Below, piece by piece: positions 59,981-64,000 of a stretch of 64,000 nt of DNA. Position 1 is the first letter of the stretch, and each line of letters opens with the position of its first letter. The translations under genes and the position numbers were made by a program. The notes under the pieces were generated by a model. It worked only from the letters and a program-made list of their open reading frames with translations, did no database searches and had not been told where the DNA came from. Origin of the DNA: Emiliania huxleyi CCMP1516 (lineage: Eukaryota); assembly GCF_000372725.1 (NCBI RefSeq), contig NW_005201412.1, positions 201,643 to 265,642 on the forward strand, read 5' to 3'.

Positions 59981-60900
59981 ATGAGTGCGAAGCAAGGCAA
60001 GCTCAAGGCGGCGATGCATGGTTTGGCTGAGGAGATGCGCAGCGCCTCCAACGCGGTTGTGAACGCCGTCGAGAGGAGGACCGCAATTGATCTCGATCGC
60101 GACGGTGACGTGGGCGTTGCTGGATCGTCAAGAAAGAGTGAACCCGCCGGCCAGTGGATGGAGAAGGCGACTGGAACGCCCGCTTTCTACGCACCCGAGA
60201 TGTGCGTCAAGGGCGGTGCGCCTGGCCCGCTGGGCTTCACACAAAAACACAACCCCGGACCTTCACCCACCCTCCGGAAACAGACCCTCTTAACACCTGT
60301 ACTGCTCGCGCCAGGCTACCTTGGCAAGCCCGCCGATATTTGGGCGGCGGGCGTCACCCTCTGCCAGCTCACTGGGAGCAATCCCTTTGCTGCCCCCGAC
60401 CTGCCCGAAACATTCCGACGCATCCAGACAGAGGAGCCAACCCTGCCTGGCCACGCCTCGCCTGAGCTCCTCGCCCTTCTGAGGCGCGAGCCGCTGGCCG
60501 CTGCTGCCACCGCTGCGCCCGAATCTGCGGCTGCCGAAGCTTAACGTGCCCTTCCGCTTTTAGGAGCATGCTCTGCAAGCGGGTTGAAGCGCGAGCAACG
60601 ATGAACGATTTGCGTTCCGACCCGTGGGTGACCGATGGGGGTCGATTCCCGTTGCCGCCTGCTTCGGAGGGAACTATCGAGGTTGACGAGGACGAGGTGG
60701 CGCAGGCAGTCACCCTGCTGCAAATCGGGTCGGTTGCGCTCGTAGTGCAGTCGGTGGCGAAGTTCAAGCGGCTGCTTCAGACCGAGGATGCTACACCGGC
60801 CGGCCCAATGGCTGGAAAGTCGCCCTCGAATCGATCGATCCCCGCAAACACGGTCTCCCTTTGTCTTGGTGAGAGCACGGTCTCCCTTTGTCATTGGTGA
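59981..60900 (+). pseudogene. CaMKK-like kinase C-terminal half (subdomains VIII-XI plus regulatory tail); N-lobe not found
   Basis: TGTPAFYAPEMC, GKPADIWAAGVTL, MLCKRVEARATMNDLRSDPWVT, IEVDEDEVAQAV; introns at ~60216-60314 and ~60484-60563. Confidence 0.7.
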
Positions 60901-61218
60901 GAGCACTGCTCTTGACGGGGGGAAGCCGTCAATCAGCGTACGTACATTATTCTTGTACCCTGCATAACCCATGCTATCTTTGGTAGCGCGGGTGTCGTCG
61001 AGCGCACACTTCTGCAAAATAAGCAGCCCCCGCGCGGGCCTCCAGCGCCCACACTTGATCACAGGTCACAGCAGCCGCTCCCCGCTCATTGACGGGGCCG
61101 TCCCACGCTCAACGGGATCCATCGCGGCGCGCGACTGCGCGCGCATTGACAGAGCCGCATCCCGCATCCGACGCGATTCATCCTCCAAAGCGTTGAGCTG
61201 CGACGCCTATAGGACGCC

Positions 61219-63315
61219 TCATGGACGCGTCACGGGACGGGATGTGCCGGTGTGGCCTTCCCGTCGCACTAAGTGCGGCACCCTCGCGAGTGGGGCACCG
61301 AGCTTGATCGCGAGGTAGCGCATCAGCGGATGCTCGACGTTCTCCAGGTAGATCCGCAGCACGGCAGTGATGGGCACGGCAAGCACCATGCCGGTGATGC
61401 CCCAGACGGAACCCCATAGCAAGATGGCGAGCATGACGCCCACCGGGTCGAGGTTCGTCGTGTTTGCGAACACCTTGGTCTCGATCACATCCTTGTTGAG
61501 GAACGCGAGCACCATGGGCAGGACAAAGGCAAGCGTAACCTCCATGGTGGAGAATTCCGGGTCGAGTCCGACGAAGGGCATCGGAAGCAGCACGCCGAGG
61601 GGTGCGCCGATTGCAGGGATAAAATTCAACCAGAAAGTGAGCATGCCTGAAATGGCCCGGAGGGGAATCAGTAGAGCGCTGACGAGGCGGGACATGGCGG
61701 GGTGCGTGTGCCAAAGACGAGCGAGAGGGATGTCTCGAGCCCGATCCAGCAAAGGATGACGGCGTGGAGCACGCCCACCAGAATCGAGAGCGCCACCTTG
61801 CCGCCGATGTACGCGTAGATCTGCTTGCCGGCCTACGGGCATGCGCGGTGGAGGTGGGTATAGTTGTGAAGTCTTTTGCAGGGCCCCTCTCGGCCCGCCT
61901 GCGAGTCGACTCGGTGGATGGGGCCCTCATCCTTCGACTCCACCTTGAGGGGGGAGCACGATCAAGGGTGACCAGCCCGGTTGGCCCCGGTCGGCAGGCA
62001 GCACCGATGGTGTGCTGTTTGCGTGTGCGTTATGGGGGTGTCATTGACCAGCATGAAGATGAGGAAGAGCACAACGTAGAGCGAATTCTCCAGCACGCCC
62101 GAGGCGGAGCCAAGAAAATTGACGATCAGGTCGGACACGTCGAGCTGTTTCGCCATTTCCTTTTCCAGGTCTGCAAAGTGGCTCATCTTTTCCTGCGGAG
62201 GCGTGATGGACGAATCATGGGCATTCTTGACGTTGAAGCTGACTTTGGGGCCTCGTACCTCGGCTGAGGCTGCAGTGGTCGCGTTCAGCATGCCTAGCGA
62301 TATCTGCGCCGCAGTGATTGCATCGAACAAGTTCTCGATCAACTCCTACGGGCTCGCTTTCGACGTGTCACGAAACGCCTCCCGCTGGGAGGCGGGATCA
62401 CTGATCACATCGTCTGTCGGGCCGCTCGCCTCGATGCGCGCATTGTAGACGCCAGCCTTGCTCGCAAAGGCAGAGAGCGAGTTGGCGACAATGAGCGAAA
62501 GCATTGTCATCGCGACGACGACGGTCACAAGCGCGAAAAACACCGCCCATTGCCGCGGCAGCCGGAAGCAGCGGCGCTGATGTCGCTGACACAGCGGGTG
62601 CTGGCAGGAGAGAAAGTCGATGAGTGGAGTCAAAAGGTACCTTAAGGCGAGGGTCGGGGTGAGATGAGGTGACTGTGAGGATGAAGGGTCTGAGGGTGAG
62701 AGGCTGCTCGAGGCAAGATCGGGATGGCGTATTCGTCACGGTGGTGTGTATGGCTGTGCATATGCTGAACTGGTCACTTGAGAGCGACGGCCAGGAAGAA
62801 GAGGACGAGAACGTGGCTGAGGGAGTACAGCGCAAAGTAGACCACGGCGATGGCGCAGACGGTCTGGCAGAGGGTGCGGATCCGCTCATCGATGGTCTGC
62901 TCGACCACTGAGAGCGGTGCGCGAGGAAGCAAGGCAGGCGGCTGGCTGGGTGCCCAGGACTTGTGCGCGTATTGGACCTGCGGATGGAGGCTCAAGGATG
63001 AAAGCTTCGGTTTGCCCAACTGCGCGGTGTTGTGGCTGTGTCACGTCACCTCTGCATCCAGCCTCTCCAGCTTCATACGCAGCGAGCTTATCTCCGTCGC
63101 CTGGGAAAGACGAGGCGTTGCATACCGTGGGTGGCATGAAGGGCAAGAATCAGGTACTAGGCAGGCGCTGTTGAGGGAGAGATGAGGCACGAGAGCGATA
63201 CTGTGGCGCTCACCTGCTCAATGATCCTCTGCTCCAGCACGCGCTCCTTGGCCTTGGCCCACCAGTTGGTGCTGATCTCGCCTGACTCTGGATCCGCCAT
63301 ACTCATCGTACTCAT
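61219..63315 (-). CDS. AI-2E (UPF0118/PerM) family transporter, multi-exon
   Basis: LTFWLNFIPAIGAPLGVLLP, IETKVF, LDPVGVMLAILLWGSVWGITGMVLAVPITAVLRIYLE; upstream TM exons. Confidence 0.88.
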
Positions 63316-64000
63316 CGTATGTCGCTGCACCCTGCCCGCGGCGCCGCGAGGGGGACTGTCGCAGAGTGGCCCGCGCTCGATGTTACTTTATTAGGGGTCG
63401 GTATTAGTGATTACGCTTCGTCAGCAAAACTCTGGTTTAGTCGGTGTGTATGTGTATCCTGGATCACTACTTCACTTTCTCTCAGGGTATCATCACTTCG
63501 CGTCCTCCCAGCGTCCTCTTCCTTCCCTCCCGCCCGCCACGCCCACCAGCGCATGTCTTAATGGTGGGCTTGCGATCTCCTGCGCGACGCGCGTTGTATG
63601 GGTGTCTGAGCACGCGCGCAGCGCGCGAAGAGTCCACGATATTTTAGTGCACGTGGATGCTCTTCACAGCCTTGTTATTGAGAAGAAAATACCTCCTATG
63701 GCGCTGTTCACACATGCCGACATCGCCTCCGTAGAGAACAGGCTCGGACACTGGAGTAGGTATCGGGGCTCACACGCGCCAGTAGCGTTCGTGCCTATGA
63801 ACCGAAATGGCACAGCGCAAGTCTCCTTCGTCCGGATCGGTGCTCCCACGCACTCGTTCAGCGTCTCTCCACTGCGGTCGCCAAGCCAGTCAAGCCACAG
63901 GAAGTCCGACATTGCATTGGCGGAGGAGGGGCTGCACCCGACCAAGCTGCGACAGACGGCCCCACTGCGAGTGATTGCATTCACGCAGCTGCGCCGCCTC

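Overview
GC-rich eukaryotic genomic DNA. The short introns (many with GC donors), 10-11 bp intronic tandem repeats and TTAGGG repeats suggest a haptophyte alga such as Emiliania/Gephyrocapsa huxleyi; this is an inference. There is a 550-N assembly gap at 48031-48580. Recognisable genes: a Cys-rich repeat secreted protein, importin-5, an OPT/YSL transporter, SURF4/Erv29, a SHOCT protein, a GCK-III/MST STE20 kinase, a plastid-type PDZ-like protein, an ATP-grasp enzyme, a USP48-like protease, an Xaa-Pro aminopeptidase (ICP55/XPNPEP3-like), a U-box protein, an RlmN-type radical SAM enzyme, an EF-hand protein, a CaMKK-like fragment and an AI-2E transporter. The intergenic DNA is dense with mobile elements, several with target-site duplications (TSDs) visible directly. 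The main observations are: (1) many introns consist of a duplicated piece of the flanking exon plus simple-repeat filler, including one whose filler is telomere repeat; (2) a ~530 bp TSD-flanked element with conserved arms carries a central cassette that differs in sequence between copies but folds as a long hairpin in both; (3) a 5.1 kb element with terminal inverted repeats (TIRs) and an 8-bp TSD carries a Tudor (probably BAH+Tudor) gene; (4) a LINE ORF1-like gene without ORF2 ends in a (CA)n tail; (5) a CRE-like LINE remnant has (TTTC)n-tailed short dependants. All calls were made by eye, with no database searches.
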